A stretch of 59,680 bases of DNA, counting the filler. It is 4 parts of 4 records of this genome, joined end to end, with 100 filler letters (N's around TTAATTAATTAA, not from the genome) between each part and the next. Parts side by side here need not be neighbours in the genome. Positions count along the whole stretch, not along the records: positions 11,452 to 38,657 come from SRR20825019_1840; 3 more parts are not named here. One strand, given 5' to 3'. The notes beneath the pieces were generated by a model. It made no database searches, was not told where the DNA came from, and saw only the letters and a program-made list of their open reading frames with translations. The translations under genes were made by a program, and so were the position numbers. Positions within the stretch are counted from its first letter, which is position 1; each line of letters opens with the position of its first letter. Below are positions 11,452 through 20,489 of this stretch, piece after piece.

Positions 11452-11877
11452 CCGGGCAAGGTCAACCCGACCCAGTCCGAATCCCTGACGCAGGTTTGTG
11501 CCCAGATCATGGGCAATCACACCACCATCACCGTCGCCGGTGCCACGGGGCATTTCGAGCTGAATGTCTTCAAGCCGGTGATGATTTTCAATCTGTTGCA
11601 ATCGATCAGGTTGCTGGCTGATGGCACACGCAGCTTTTCCAACAACTGCGTGAACGGGATCGAGGCCAATAAAGAGCGCATTCAGCAACTGATGGAGCAG
11701 TCCCTGATGCTGGTGACGGCGCTTAATCCGCATATCGGCTACGACAAGGCGGCCCAGATCGCGAAGAAGGCCTTCAATGACGGCTCCAGCCTCAAGCAGG
11801 CGGCAACGGCTCTCGGACATCTGACGGCCGAGCAGTATGACGAATGGGTTCGGCCGGAGAACATGGTCGGGAAGTAA
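11452..11877 (+). CDS. fumC: Class II fumarate hydratase, 3' part (truncated by contig edge)
   Basis: Frame is open from the contig start: [43 protein letters not shown]. Confidence 0.96.
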   Translation, partial: PGKVNPTQSESLTQVCAQIMGNHTTITVAGATGHFELNVFKPVMIFNLLQSIRLLADGTRSFSNNCVNGIEANKERIQQLMEQSLMLVTALNPHIGYDKAAQIAKKAFNDGSSLKQAATALGHLTAEQYDEWVRPENMVGK

Positions 11878-11906
11878 GCTCAAGCGTCGCAGGATTGTTT
11901 CCGAAT

Positions 11907-11947
11907 AGTCGAGCGCCGGTGGGTTTCCCCCGGCGCTCGGCTTTTTT
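11907..11947 (+). terminator. Intrinsic terminator after fumC
   Basis: Stem AGTCGAGCGCCGG / CCGGCGCTCGGCT followed by a T run. Sits between convergent genes. Confidence 0.8.
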
Positions 11948-12672
11948 CAGGCTTCGGCTTCTTTTTCCAGGGCGCGGCGCGCGACGAGCCAGGCACGCCA
12001 ATAATTGAAGGTGCCGCCAAGGACGAACAATGCGCTGCCGATCACGAAAAGCCAGGCGAGATAGGTGCCGAGGATGTACCGGTCGGCGCGGCTTTCCAGG
12101 GACCAGAGATAGGGTACGGAAGCAACGCAGAACAACACCGAGCCGATGACAAAGCTGATCGCCGTCAGGTTCAGAAGCTGAAGCGTCTTCATGTTTGCGG
12201 CGAAAACGATTTGCAGGACATTGATGACCGCACCGGCGACGAACAGAGCGGAGCCTACGAGAAAGCACCAGGCGCCACCTTCGATCCAGGCGATTTCCGA
12301 CAGGAAGAAGGCGCTGCCGATGGTGAACAGGATGGTGCCCGCTAGATAGGCGAAAGCCGCCGAGAGGTCCAGCCTCTGGCGCAGATTTGTGCCTTTCTTA
12401 CCGGCACTGCAAGTTTTCATGACCTCGGCAAAATCGTGCCCGGTTACCAGCAGATAAAGGACCGAGCCGAGTAGAAAGGCCGTGGAGCCGAGATCCTGCC
12501 AGTCCGAGAAGGCGGGAAAGAAAAAGATGCTGCCGAGGACGAAGACGGCGCCACCGAAGAGATAAACCACGGCATTTATTGTCTCCCAGCGAAAGTGATG
12601 ATGCGCGTCCGCCTCCTTTTCCTTGTGGAACAGGCCGAGGGCGCGTGGACGGTTCGAGAAGAAGTGGGGCAT
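11947..12672 (-). CDS. YrhK-like multi-pass membrane protein
   Basis: Three repeats of a TM hairpin with a G..F..GS..F / W.F..GS.LF pattern. Confidence 0.75.
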   Translation of the reverse strand: MPHFFSNRPRALGLFHKEKEADAHHHFRWETINAVVYLFGGAVFVLGSIFFFPAFSDWQDLGSTAFLLGSVLYLLVTGHDFAEVMKTCSAGKKGTNLRQRLDLSAAFAYLAGTILFTIGSAFFLSEIAWIEGGAWCFLVGSALFVAGAVINVLQIVFAANMKTLQLLNLTAISFVIGSVLFCVASVPYLWSLESRADRYILGTYLAWLFVIGSALFVLGGTFNYWRAWLVARRALEKEAEA

Positions 12673-12932
12673 CCGGCCGATCCAGTACGCGGAAATGAAG
12701 GTTGCGGGAATTCAGCATTTGACGGCCAGGGGATCAATATTCGCCCCCTCGACAAAGGACCGGTAGGCTTCCGGGAGACAGTTTATCTGCCGAAACTTTG
12801 TCTGTTCAATATCTTAGCGCCTGAAATCAGGTGTCGTATTGACGATAGACCCTCCTCAAAGCTTGACCTAAGCTAAGTGATACACAACCGATGGGGGATT
12901 ATTCCGTCGGAATATGAATAGGGGGTATCAGA

Positions 12933-13364
12933 ATGAAGTTAATAATCGGGCTGGATGGCCACGGTTCTGGCGAACGCGCATTACAGTTCGGCCAAAATTT
13001 GGCTTCGGCGGGGGGGACCTGCGAACTCCTCGTGGTTTACGTGATCGAATGGTCACCCTTCTCCTTTCAAACAGCGGAAGAAAACGCCCAGCGTCATAAG
13101 CGGCGCGAAGAAGAAATCGCCCTGGCGATGGAACGGGTTGTCGCCCCGGCGGTCGACAGCCTGAAAAAGGCGGGCATGAACGCACGCGGCATGGTCCGGC
13201 ATGGAAATGTCGCGGACACATTGAACGCCATCGCAAGCGACGAAAAAGCGGATCAGATCATTGTGGGCCGGACTTCGGAAGGGGGCATTGCCAGCCGCCT
13301 TTTCGGCAGTGTCACGGCAAATCTGGTCATGCATGCGGACGTGCCGGTAACGGTCGTTGCTTAA
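12933..13364 (+). CDS. Universal stress protein
   Basis: 143 aa, IIGLDG start, G..ADTL..A, IIVGR..G...FGSVT..LV..ADVPVTVV. Confidence 0.92.
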   Translation: MKLIIGLDGHGSGERALQFGQNLASAGGTCELLVVYVIEWSPFSFQTAEENAQRHKRREEEIALAMERVVAPAVDSLKKAGMNARGMVRHGNVADTLNAIASDEKADQIIVGRTSEGGIASRLFGSVTANLVMHADVPVTVVA

Positions 13365-13380
13365 AGGGAGGGGGCTCGTA

Positions 13381-14928
13381 ATGAAACGATTTAATCTTGG
13401 GGCAATGTTCGCATTGCTCGTGGGGGTGATCAGCACCCCGGCTCTGGCGCAGGAAGCTGAAAGCCTGGACGCAAAGGTGAATGCGATCTTCGCAACGGTA
13501 ACCGGCCCGTTCGTCAGTCTTATCTTCGCCCCGATCCCGGGAACCAGTTTTCCCTGGATCGTGATGTGGCTTGTGATCGCCGCGACGATCTTCACGCTGT
13601 ATTTCGGTTTCGTCCAGTTCCGCTTCTTCAGGCACTCCATCGAGCTTGTGAAGGGTGACTATTCCGACCCGAACGATGCCGGTGAGGTCAGTCACTTCCA
13701 GGCCCTTGCCACTGCGTTGTCCGGTACGGTCGGCCTCGGCAACATCGCCGGTGTTGCCGTTGCCGTCGGGATCGGCGGTCCGGGGGCGACCTTCTGGATG
13801 ATCCTGGCCGGTCTGATGGGCATGGCTTCCAAGTTCACCGAATGTACGCTCGGCGTGAAGTACCGGAACGAATATGCGGACGGCACGGTCTCCGGTGGTC
13901 CGATGTATTACATCTCCAAGGGTTTTGCCGAAAAAGGGCTTCCAGGGGGCAAGATCCTGGCGGTCCTGTTCGCGATCTTCTGCATTCTGGGTGCGCTCGG
14001 GGGCGGGAACATGTTCCAGGCCAATCAGGCCCATGCCCAGATCTCCGGCATCGTTGGCGATTTCCCGGGCTGGATCACCGGTCTGGTCTTTGCCGCTGTC
14101 GTCTTCCTCGTCATCGTTGGTGGCGTGAAGTCGATTGCCCGCGTGACCGAGAAGGTCGTGCCGTTCATGGGCATTCTCTATGTCACGGCGGCGATCATCA
14201 TCCTGATCGTGAATTACCAGAATATCGGCTGGGCTTTCGGGCAGATCTTTGAGGGTGCCTTCACCGGGCTCGGGATTGCCGGCGGTTTCGTCGGGGCCCT
14301 GATTCAGGGCTTCAAGCGGGCCGCTTTCTCGAATGAGGCGGGCGTCGGCTCGGCCGCAATCGCGCACTCCGCTGTCCGCACGAAGGAGCCGATCACCGAA
14401 GGCTTCGTCTCCTTGCTGGAGCCGTTTATCGATACGGTTGTCATCTGCACGATGACGGCCCTGGTGATCACGATCTCCGGTCAGCTGATCTCTGACCCGG
14501 CAACGGGGAACTATGTGCTGGACGGTTCGTACATCGCGACGGTGGACGGGAATACGGGTGTTGCCCTGACATCGGCGGCCTTTGGATCGGCGATCAGTTG
14601 GTTCCCGTATGTATTGGCCATCGCAGTCATCTTGTTCGCATTCTCGACCATGATCTCCTGGTCCTATTACGGCCTGAAGAGCTGGACCTACCTGTTCGGC
14701 GAAGGGAAAACAGCAGAGCTCGTCTTCAAGCTCCTGTTCTGTGTGTTCGTCGTGATCGGGGCCGCGGCTAATCTTGGCCCGGTGATCGACTTCTCCGACG
14801 CGGCAATCTTTGCCATGGCGGTGGTCAACATCATCGGCCTCTACTTCCTGATGGGCGTGGTCAAGAACGAGATGACGTCCTATGTCGAGCGTCTGAAGTC
14901 AGGCGAGATCAAGAGGTTCAAGAAATAG
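13381..14928 (+). CDS. Alanine/glycine:cation symporter (AGCS family)
   Basis: FQALATALSGTVGLGNIAGVA, GGPGATFWM, GGPMYYI, RAAFSNEAGVGSA, EPFIDT. GGAGG RBS before ATG 13381. Confidence 0.95.
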   Translation: MKRFNLGAMFALLVGVISTPALAQEAESLDAKVNAIFATVTGPFVSLIFAPIPGTSFPWIVMWLVIAATIFTLYFGFVQFRFFRHSIELVKGDYSDPNDAGEVSHFQALATALSGTVGLGNIAGVAVAVGIGGPGATFWMILAGLMGMASKFTECTLGVKYRNEYADGTVSGGPMYYISKGFAEKGLPGGKILAVLFAIFCILGALGGGNMFQANQAHAQISGIVGDFPGWITGLVFAAVVFLVIVGGVKSIARVTEKVVPFMGILYVTAAIIILIVNYQNIGWAFGQIFEGAFTGLGIAGGFVGALIQGFKRAAFSNEAGVGSAAIAHSAVRTKEPITEGFVSLLEPFIDTVVICTMTALVITISGQLISDPATGNYVLDGSYIATVDGNTGVALTSAAFGSAISWFPYVLAIAVILFAFSTMISWSYYGLKSWTYLFGEGKTAELVFKLLFCVFVVIGAAANLGPVIDFSDAAIFAMAVVNIIGLYFLMGVVKNEMTSYVERLKSGEIKRFKK

Positions 14929-14962
14929 ACGGCGCTCATAACGCCTGATTTACCTGAGTTTG

Positions 14963-14995
14963 GAGGAGGCACTCGAAAGGGTGCCTCCTCTTTTT
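14963..14995 (+). terminator. Intrinsic terminator
   Basis: GAGGAGGCACTC-GAAA-GGGTGCCTCCTC followed by TTTTT. Confidence 0.88.
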
Positions 14996-15151
14996 ATGCC
15001 TGAACCGACACGCAGTCTTTGCCAGGGGCGGCCGGGTTACCCTTGCGGCAATTCGATACACAATTCATCCTGATCGTCTCCAACGGGCATTGGCCCACTC
15101 CCGAATATGTCCTGTCTCCTGCTCCCCGCTGTAATGCGAACGAGGTAAGAA

Positions 15152-16078
15152 ATGTCCGACCAGTATCCCCGCGACCTGAACGGCTACGCGGGCCAGACCC
15201 CTGATCCGAAATGGCCCGGAAGGGCGCGGATTGCGGTCAATTTTGTCCTCAATATCGAGGAGGGGTCGGAGACGAATGTCCTGCATGGCGACGCGCGCAA
15301 CGAAGGCGGCCTGTCCGAGGTCGTCGGGGGGCGGCACCCGGCCGGAAAGCGCGATCTCGGGTTGGAGAGCCTGTACGACTACGGCCCGCGGGCAGGAGCC
15401 TGGCGCGTCCTGCGCTTGTTCCGGGAGCGCGACATTCCGATGACGGTTTTCGGCTGTGCCCTGGCGCTGGAGAGGGCGCCGGCCTTGACGGAGGCTTTTG
15501 CCGAGGCCGGGTACGACATCGCCGGCCATGGCTGGCGCTGGATCAATCACTATGAGCTGGACGAGGCCACTGAGCGCGAGCATATCGAAAAGGCGATCGA
15601 GAGCATCCGGCGCCTGACCGGGGACCGGCCCCATGGCTGGTACTGCCGCTATGCACCGAGCGACAATACGCGGCGCCTTCTCGTGGAAGAGGGCGGCTTC
15701 CTCTACGATTCAGATTCTTATTCCGACGATTTGCCGTATTGGGAACGCGTCGCGGGCAAAGACCACCTGGTTATTCCCTACACGCTCGACACCAATGACG
15801 TGAAGTTCGGTGCGCCGGCCTCCTACGGGTCCGGCCATGACTTTTTCAATCATCTGAAAGACAGTTTCGACCAGTTGTACGAAGAAGGGGCGGACGCCCC
15901 GAAGATGTTGTCCGTCGGCTTGCATACGCGTCTGGTCGGCCGCCCGGGACGGGCACGGGCGTTGGCCCGGTTCCTGGACCATGTGCTGTCGCATAGTGAT
16001 GTCTGGGTTACGCGCCGGGTCGATATCGCACGGCACTGGATCGCCCATCATTCACCCGCCACGAAACGGAACCCGTAA
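15152..16078 (+). CDS. puuE: Allantoinase PuuE (polysaccharide deacetylase fold) or close paralogue
   Basis: YPRDLNGY, WPGRARIAVNFVLNIEEGSE, HGWRWI, YDSDSYSDDLPYW, PYTLDTND, LSVGLHTRLVGRPGR. Confidence 0.85.
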   Translation: MSDQYPRDLNGYAGQTPDPKWPGRARIAVNFVLNIEEGSETNVLHGDARNEGGLSEVVGGRHPAGKRDLGLESLYDYGPRAGAWRVLRLFRERDIPMTVFGCALALERAPALTEAFAEAGYDIAGHGWRWINHYELDEATEREHIEKAIESIRRLTGDRPHGWYCRYAPSDNTRRLLVEEGGFLYDSDSYSDDLPYWERVAGKDHLVIPYTLDTNDVKFGAPASYGSGHDFFNHLKDSFDQLYEEGADAPKMLSVGLHTRLVGRPGRARALARFLDHVLSHSDVWVTRRVDIARHWIAHHSPATKRNP

Positions 16079-16693
16079 ATGAAGACCTTCAATCTGGCCG
16101 ATCTCTCGGCTTCGGATGCTTACAAGCTGTTGCGCAATGTGGTGACGCCGCGCCCCATCGCGCTTGTGACCACAATCGACGAGGCGGGGATCGTGAATGC
16201 CGCGCCGTTCTCTTTCTTCAATGCCATCGCCTTCGACCCCTGCATGGTCGTTCTCGGGCTGGAAGCGCGGCCGGACGGCTCCCCGAAGGATACTTCGCGG
16301 AACATCCGGGATAGCCGCGAGTTCGTGGTCAATATTGTCGACCGGGCCATGGCTGAAAAGATGAACGCCTGCTCGACGCCTCTGCCGCATGGCGAGTCCG
16401 AGATTCCGCTTGCCGGGTTCACCGTGGAGCCGTCGGAGACTGTAAAACCGCCCCGCGTTGCCGAGGCGCCGGTTGCACTGGAATGCACACGCCACACGAC
16501 GCTTGAGCTGGGCAATCGCCGCGAGATCGTTGTCGGTGAGGTGCAGAGCATCTCTGTTCGTGATGCGCTGGTGCTCGACGAGGAGAAGCTGCATATCGAC
16601 CATATCGGTCTCGATACCATCGGCCGGCTGGGCGCGAACTTCTATGCGACCAGCCGCGATACTTTCGCGATGGATCGTCCGGACGGCCGCTAG
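16079..16693 (+). CDS. Flavin reductase family protein (FMN-binding split barrel)
   Basis: VTPRPIALVTT, NAAPFSFFN, KDTSRNI..EFVVNIV, IGRLG..Y. Starts immediately after the puuE stop. Confidence 0.9.
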   Translation: MKTFNLADLSASDAYKLLRNVVTPRPIALVTTIDEAGIVNAAPFSFFNAIAFDPCMVVLGLEARPDGSPKDTSRNIRDSREFVVNIVDRAMAEKMNACSTPLPHGESEIPLAGFTVEPSETVKPPRVAEAPVALECTRHTTLELGNRREIVVGEVQSISVRDALVLDEEKLHIDHIGLDTIGRLGANFYATSRDTFAMDRPDGR

Positions 16694-17085
16694 GACTTGC
16701 GCTCCAGGGTGTTCTCTCCTGCCATATAGACGGCGACGGAGGCGAATTTTCCGTTCTCGATGCTGAAGAAGTTGCAGTTCGATTTATGGACCTGCGTTCC
16801 GTCATGCAGCGTGTTGACGACCCGGAATTGCGTGGCGATCGTGCCATGTTCCGGGTCGCAGACATAATGGAAGCTGTCATGAAGAACGGCTTTGTGACGG
16901 CCCCATAGCTGCCGCATCATCCCGCCGATCTCTGTGTGACCGGTGAGCGCGACACCATGGGTTTCGACGGAAAAGCGGCAGTCCTCCGTCAGGGTCGCGA
17001 GCACCTGGTCCAGATCTTCTCCATCGACGCCGGAAAAGTAGCTCTGAACCAGGGCAATCTGCTCGTCGCGCGTCATGACTGTCAC
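16690..17085 (-). CDS. SnoaL/NTF2-like protein
   Basis: 131 aa, YF..VD..D...L..L.ED pattern, then beta-strand segments ending in GK...V.VY. Confidence 0.8.
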   Translation of the reverse strand: MTVMTRDEQIALVQSYFSGVDGEDLDQVLATLTEDCRFSVETHGVALTGHTEIGGMMRQLWGRHKAVLHDSFHYVCDPEHGTIATQFRVVNTLHDGTQVHKSNCNFFSIENGKFASVAVYMAGENTLERKS

Positions 17086-17981
17086 GCGTTCCTGCCGGGG
17101 CGGTAATGCGCGATGGTCTGCGCGATACCGTCCTTCAGCGATGTGCGTGGCAGTGGGCCGAGTAGATTCCCGGTCGGGGTAGGCTCCATATGTGGCGGGA
17201 TCGGCAGAAGCGGGCCGTCCCAGTCGATCCGCGCGCCCGGTACCTGATTCTGGATGGCCTCGGCGATGGCGCTGACATCGGCCCGCTCTCCGGACAGGGT
17301 AATGACATGGGCGCCCTCGAAAGGCTTCAGGGCCGCTGCTTCGCAGAGCGCTGCCACATCGTCCACGAAGATCAGATCCGCCTCGCCGGAATAGCCGATC
17401 GTGTAGGGCCGTCCCGCCACTGCCTCGCGGCAGGCCACCGAAGGACCAGCGGATATGCCTGTTTCCCGGGCCGGGCCGTAGACGATGGCCGGGCGGAAAC
17501 CGATGCTGGAGATACCGGATTCGATCCAGTAGGCCCGGGCGCAGCCTTCGCAGGCCAGCTTGTAGGCGCCGTAATGGGTGACCGGGCTGAGATCCGTGCA
17601 GTCGTCCGGCGCCAGCGCCGAGGCGCTGCTGGCATAGGCGATGCCCCGCATGCCTTCCGCCTTGGCCGCCTCGAAGACGTTCAGCGTGCCGATCAGATTG
17701 ACCGTGGCGCCGAGCACCGGATTGGCAGCGCAGTCCGGGGTCAGCAGAGCGGCGAGATGGACCGCGAAATCGCAGCCCCGCGCTGCGTCGCGGACCCGGT
17801 TGGTGTCGGCAATGTCGCCGGTCATCCAGTCGATACTATCGGCCGCGCCGCCGATGATTTCGCGCAGGATGGAACGGTCTTCCTTGCGGTCGAACACCCG
17901 GGCTTCAATGCCCTGGGCAATCAGCCGTTTGATGAGCCAGGCGCCGAGAAAACCGCCGCCACCCGTGATCAAAACCTTCAT
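17082..17981 (-). CDS. NAD-dependent epimerase/dehydratase (extended SDR)
   Basis: ITGGGGFLG, HLAA, NLIGTLNVFEAA, YASS, YGAYK, RPAIVYGP. Confidence 0.92.
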   Translation of the reverse strand: MKVLITGGGGFLGAWLIKRLIAQGIEARVFDRKEDRSILREIIGGAADSIDWMTGDIADTNRVRDAARGCDFAVHLAALLTPDCAANPVLGATVNLIGTLNVFEAAKAEGMRGIAYASSASALAPDDCTDLSPVTHYGAYKLACEGCARAYWIESGISSIGFRPAIVYGPARETGISAGPSVACREAVAGRPYTIGYSGEADLIFVDDVAALCEAAALKPFEGAHVITLSGERADVSAIAEAIQNQVPGARIDWDGPLLPIPPHMEPTPTGNLLGPLPRTSLKDGIAQTIAHYRPGRNA

Positions 17982-18688
17982 TGTGCTGCTCCCGTACCGG
18001 CCATATCCGCAGCGGTGAGCTGATAGGCGAGGTTGTAGACGATGGTCTGCGGATTGGTGACGCCGATGCCGCTTTCGGCGATGACAGCCTCGAAGGCCGG
18101 GATTGCTGTTTCCAGCTCGGGAGCGCCGCTGCCCTCGATCAGCACCACCATGTCGAATTCCTTTTCCGCCATGCCTGGCCGCAGCTCTGTCTCCCTGGTC
18201 TTCACGCCGGAAACCTCGGTGCGGGCAAGGCCGATATGAACACAGCAGGCCCCGGAGACCGTGAGCAGGGTATCGGCGAGGCTTTGCGCCCGGGTGTGTA
18301 CCGCGTCCGGTCCGGCGCCGCTTTCGTAGTCGAGCCGGATGGTGGCCATCGCGCCACCGTCGCCGACACCGGAGGAAGCGATCCGGTCGCAGGCCACGCG
18401 CAGGAAATTACGAAAGGTTGGCTGCACCCTGTTGGACCAGTCGGTCGGATTGTTCAGCCGTTCGAGATAGGCGGGGGAACGGAAGACCTCCACATTCTCA
18501 CCGCCATAGACCGTGCCGTAACGATACCGCGGGACGCTGTGATTGATCAGCCGCTTGCCGATGGTGAAGCCCGGAATCGACAGCCGCTCCGGCATATGTT
18601 CCCGGGTATGCCATTCCATATATTCGGTCCAGGATGGCGGGGCGATATCGTGCCAAAGCGCCAGAAAGGCGCTGCCGGTCAAAGCCAT
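17978..18688 (-). CDS. Hypothetical dimeric alpha-beta barrel protein (EthD/DUF4286-like)
   Basis: W.D...EWHTREHMPERLSIPGF, SPAYLERLNNPTDW. Overlaps the next gene by 4 nt. Confidence 0.65.
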   Translation of the reverse strand: MALTGSAFLALWHDIAPPSWTEYMEWHTREHMPERLSIPGFTIGKRLINHSVPRYRYGTVYGGENVEVFRSPAYLERLNNPTDWSNRVQPTFRNFLRVACDRIASSGVGDGGAMATIRLDYESGAGPDAVHTRAQSLADTLLTVSGACCVHIGLARTEVSGVKTRETELRPGMAEKEFDMVVLIEGSGAPELETAIPAFEAVIAESGIGVTNPQTIVYNLAYQLTAADMAGTGAAQ

Positions 18689-18729
18689 GATGTTTCACTC
18701 CCTTGGTTTATTATTTGTTTAGTTTGGTG

Positions 18730-19536
18730 TCAGTCGCCGAGCAGTTCCTTCGTCGCCTGCAGCGCCCGCCGGGCCACCTCGGAGGCTCCGGCGGTTTCGG
18801 CCAGAGCGTGGTTCGGAACCTCGATGCTGATGGTCATCTCTTCCGGGATCAGCTCGGCGATGGATGCGAGGTCGATGCCGCCCTCGCCGGGGATCAGCCG
18901 GGCGGTTCGGGCGACCCGGATCAGCTCCTCGTCCGACGGGTCATAGGGCACGGGGCCGTCGCAGATCTGCACATAGCTCATCAGGCCCGGCGGCAGGGCG
19001 GCGAACTCTTCCAGGGTGGATGTGCTGCGGTCGAAATGCAGGCTGTCGAACAGCACCGCGGCGGCCGGATGATCGGCGGCCTCTACCATCCGCCTTGCAT
19101 GGGCCAGGTCCTTCACGCCGGTCCATGGCATGAATTCGAGATCGGCGGTCAGGTTGTAGGTGCCAAGCAGGGCGCAGAGGGCGGTGTAATTGTCCTGGCT
19201 GCGGCCGTGATCGGGATCGTCAACGGCGACCAGCACATGCCGCGCGCCGAGATCGGCAATCCGGTCGAGAAACGGGGTGAAATCCTCAAGCCGGGTTTCG
19301 GCATTCAGGCGGATCATCTCCGCGTCGGCCATGCTGACGCCGGTATCGCGTAGCGTGGCCTTCACCTCGCGCAGCAGGACATCGTCCGTGAGCAAGGGGA
19401 AAAGACTGTCTCCCGGACCGGCTGGCAGCAGGCGAAAGCTCACCATGTCATAGCCGTGTTCGGCGGCAATGCCGACGGCAGCCACCGGATCGACGCCGTT
19501 GCAGGTCAGATAGGCGAGGGAATAGGCGCGGGTCAT
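18730..19536 (-). CDS. Sugar phosphate isomerase/epimerase family TIM barrel
   Basis: Metal-site motifs LEFMPW, DSLHF, QICD, RLIPGEG, IEVP. Confidence 0.88.
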   Translation of the reverse strand: MTRAYSLAYLTCNGVDPVAAVGIAAEHGYDMVSFRLLPAGPGDSLFPLLTDDVLLREVKATLRDTGVSMADAEMIRLNAETRLEDFTPFLDRIADLGARHVLVAVDDPDHGRSQDNYTALCALLGTYNLTADLEFMPWTGVKDLAHARRMVEAADHPAAAVLFDSLHFDRSTSTLEEFAALPPGLMSYVQICDGPVPYDPSDEELIRVARTARLIPGEGGIDLASIAELIPEEMTISIEVPNHALAETAGASEVARRALQATKELLGD

Positions 19537-20381
19537 CCTGATCTCGCCGTTCTGGTTCCGGTCAGGCCGGGCGTGCCTCTGGTCTCGTGGCCGAGCCGTC
19601 TGAAGAAGTGCGAGGCATCGGCCGCAGCGGATAGCTCGGCGGCGGCTTCATTCAGGGCGGGAGCCAGAGTGGTCACGCGCTCCCGGTCGAGCCGGACGGA
19701 GGGGCCGGCGATGGAGAGGCAGCCGACGACGGAGCCACCGGCACCGTACCGGACGGGGACAGCCATCGCGGCCATGCCGATCATGTAGCTGTTCACGGTC
19801 AGTGCATAATTCTTGGCGCGGGCTTCGTTCAGGGCATCCAGCAGCGCCTTCAGGGTCGGGGGCGCGCCGGGGCCGGGCTCGAATTCGGTCGGACGCAGGC
19901 CCTGCCGGTTGACCAGAGCCAGAGCCTCCTCGTCATTCATGCTGGCAAGCCATGCCTGACCGCCGGCGGTGCTGGCAAGATGCACGACAACACCTTGTTC
20001 GCGTCCCGGATCGTACCGCAGGCCGCCGGTCGCGCCCTGTGCGACGGCAACCCAGACCAGTTGGTCCCCGTCGATGACGGAAAGCCGGATCAACTCGGCG
20101 CTGGTCGCCGCCAGCCGGTCGAGGATCGGCTGGGCAATGTCGGTCACGCCGGAACGGCCAAGGAAGCTGAGGCCGAGGGCGGACAGCTTGACGCTGAGCA
20201 GGTAGTCACCCTGCTCGCGCGCCTGCCGGACATAGCCAAGCCGCGCCAGTTCCTTGAGCTGCCGGTGGACGCCGGACACAGGCATGTCGAGCAGGGCGGC
20301 AATCCGGCTGACGGGCAGGCCGGCCGGGTGTGTGACCATCAATTCCAGGATGCCGAGACCGCGTTCGAGGGCGCTGCTCAA
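19533..20381 (-). CDS. IclR family transcriptional regulator
   Basis: ALERGLGILE HTH, VHRQL..L..LGYV, STAGGQAWLA, AMAVPV, CLSIAGP. TTG start. Confidence 0.92.
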   Translation of the reverse strand: MSSALERGLGILELMVTHPAGLPVSRIAALLDMPVSGVHRQLKELARLGYVRQAREQGDYLLSVKLSALGLSFLGRSGVTDIAQPILDRLAATSAELIRLSVIDGDQLVWVAVAQGATGGLRYDPGREQGVVVHLASTAGGQAWLASMNDEEALALVNRQGLRPTEFEPGPGAPPTLKALLDALNEARAKNYALTVNSYMIGMAAMAVPVRYGAGGSVVGCLSIAGPSVRLDRERVTTLAPALNEAAAELSAAADASHFFRRLGHETRGTPGLTGTRTARSG

Positions 20382-20489
20382 TGTGATATCCGCTCAAAAG
20401 TCTCCCCGTTTAACGGGGTGGAGGAGACCAGAGTACATCTGCGAATACAAAAAATGGAAAGAGATTCTAATTTTTGAATCTGTTGGCCT

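Noticed and set aside
13327-14367. Long antisense ORFs in the bacterial contig (also 20394-21413, 24215-25180, 28004-28897)
   Set aside because: They are shadows of well-supported genes on the other strand, typical of high-GC codon usage.
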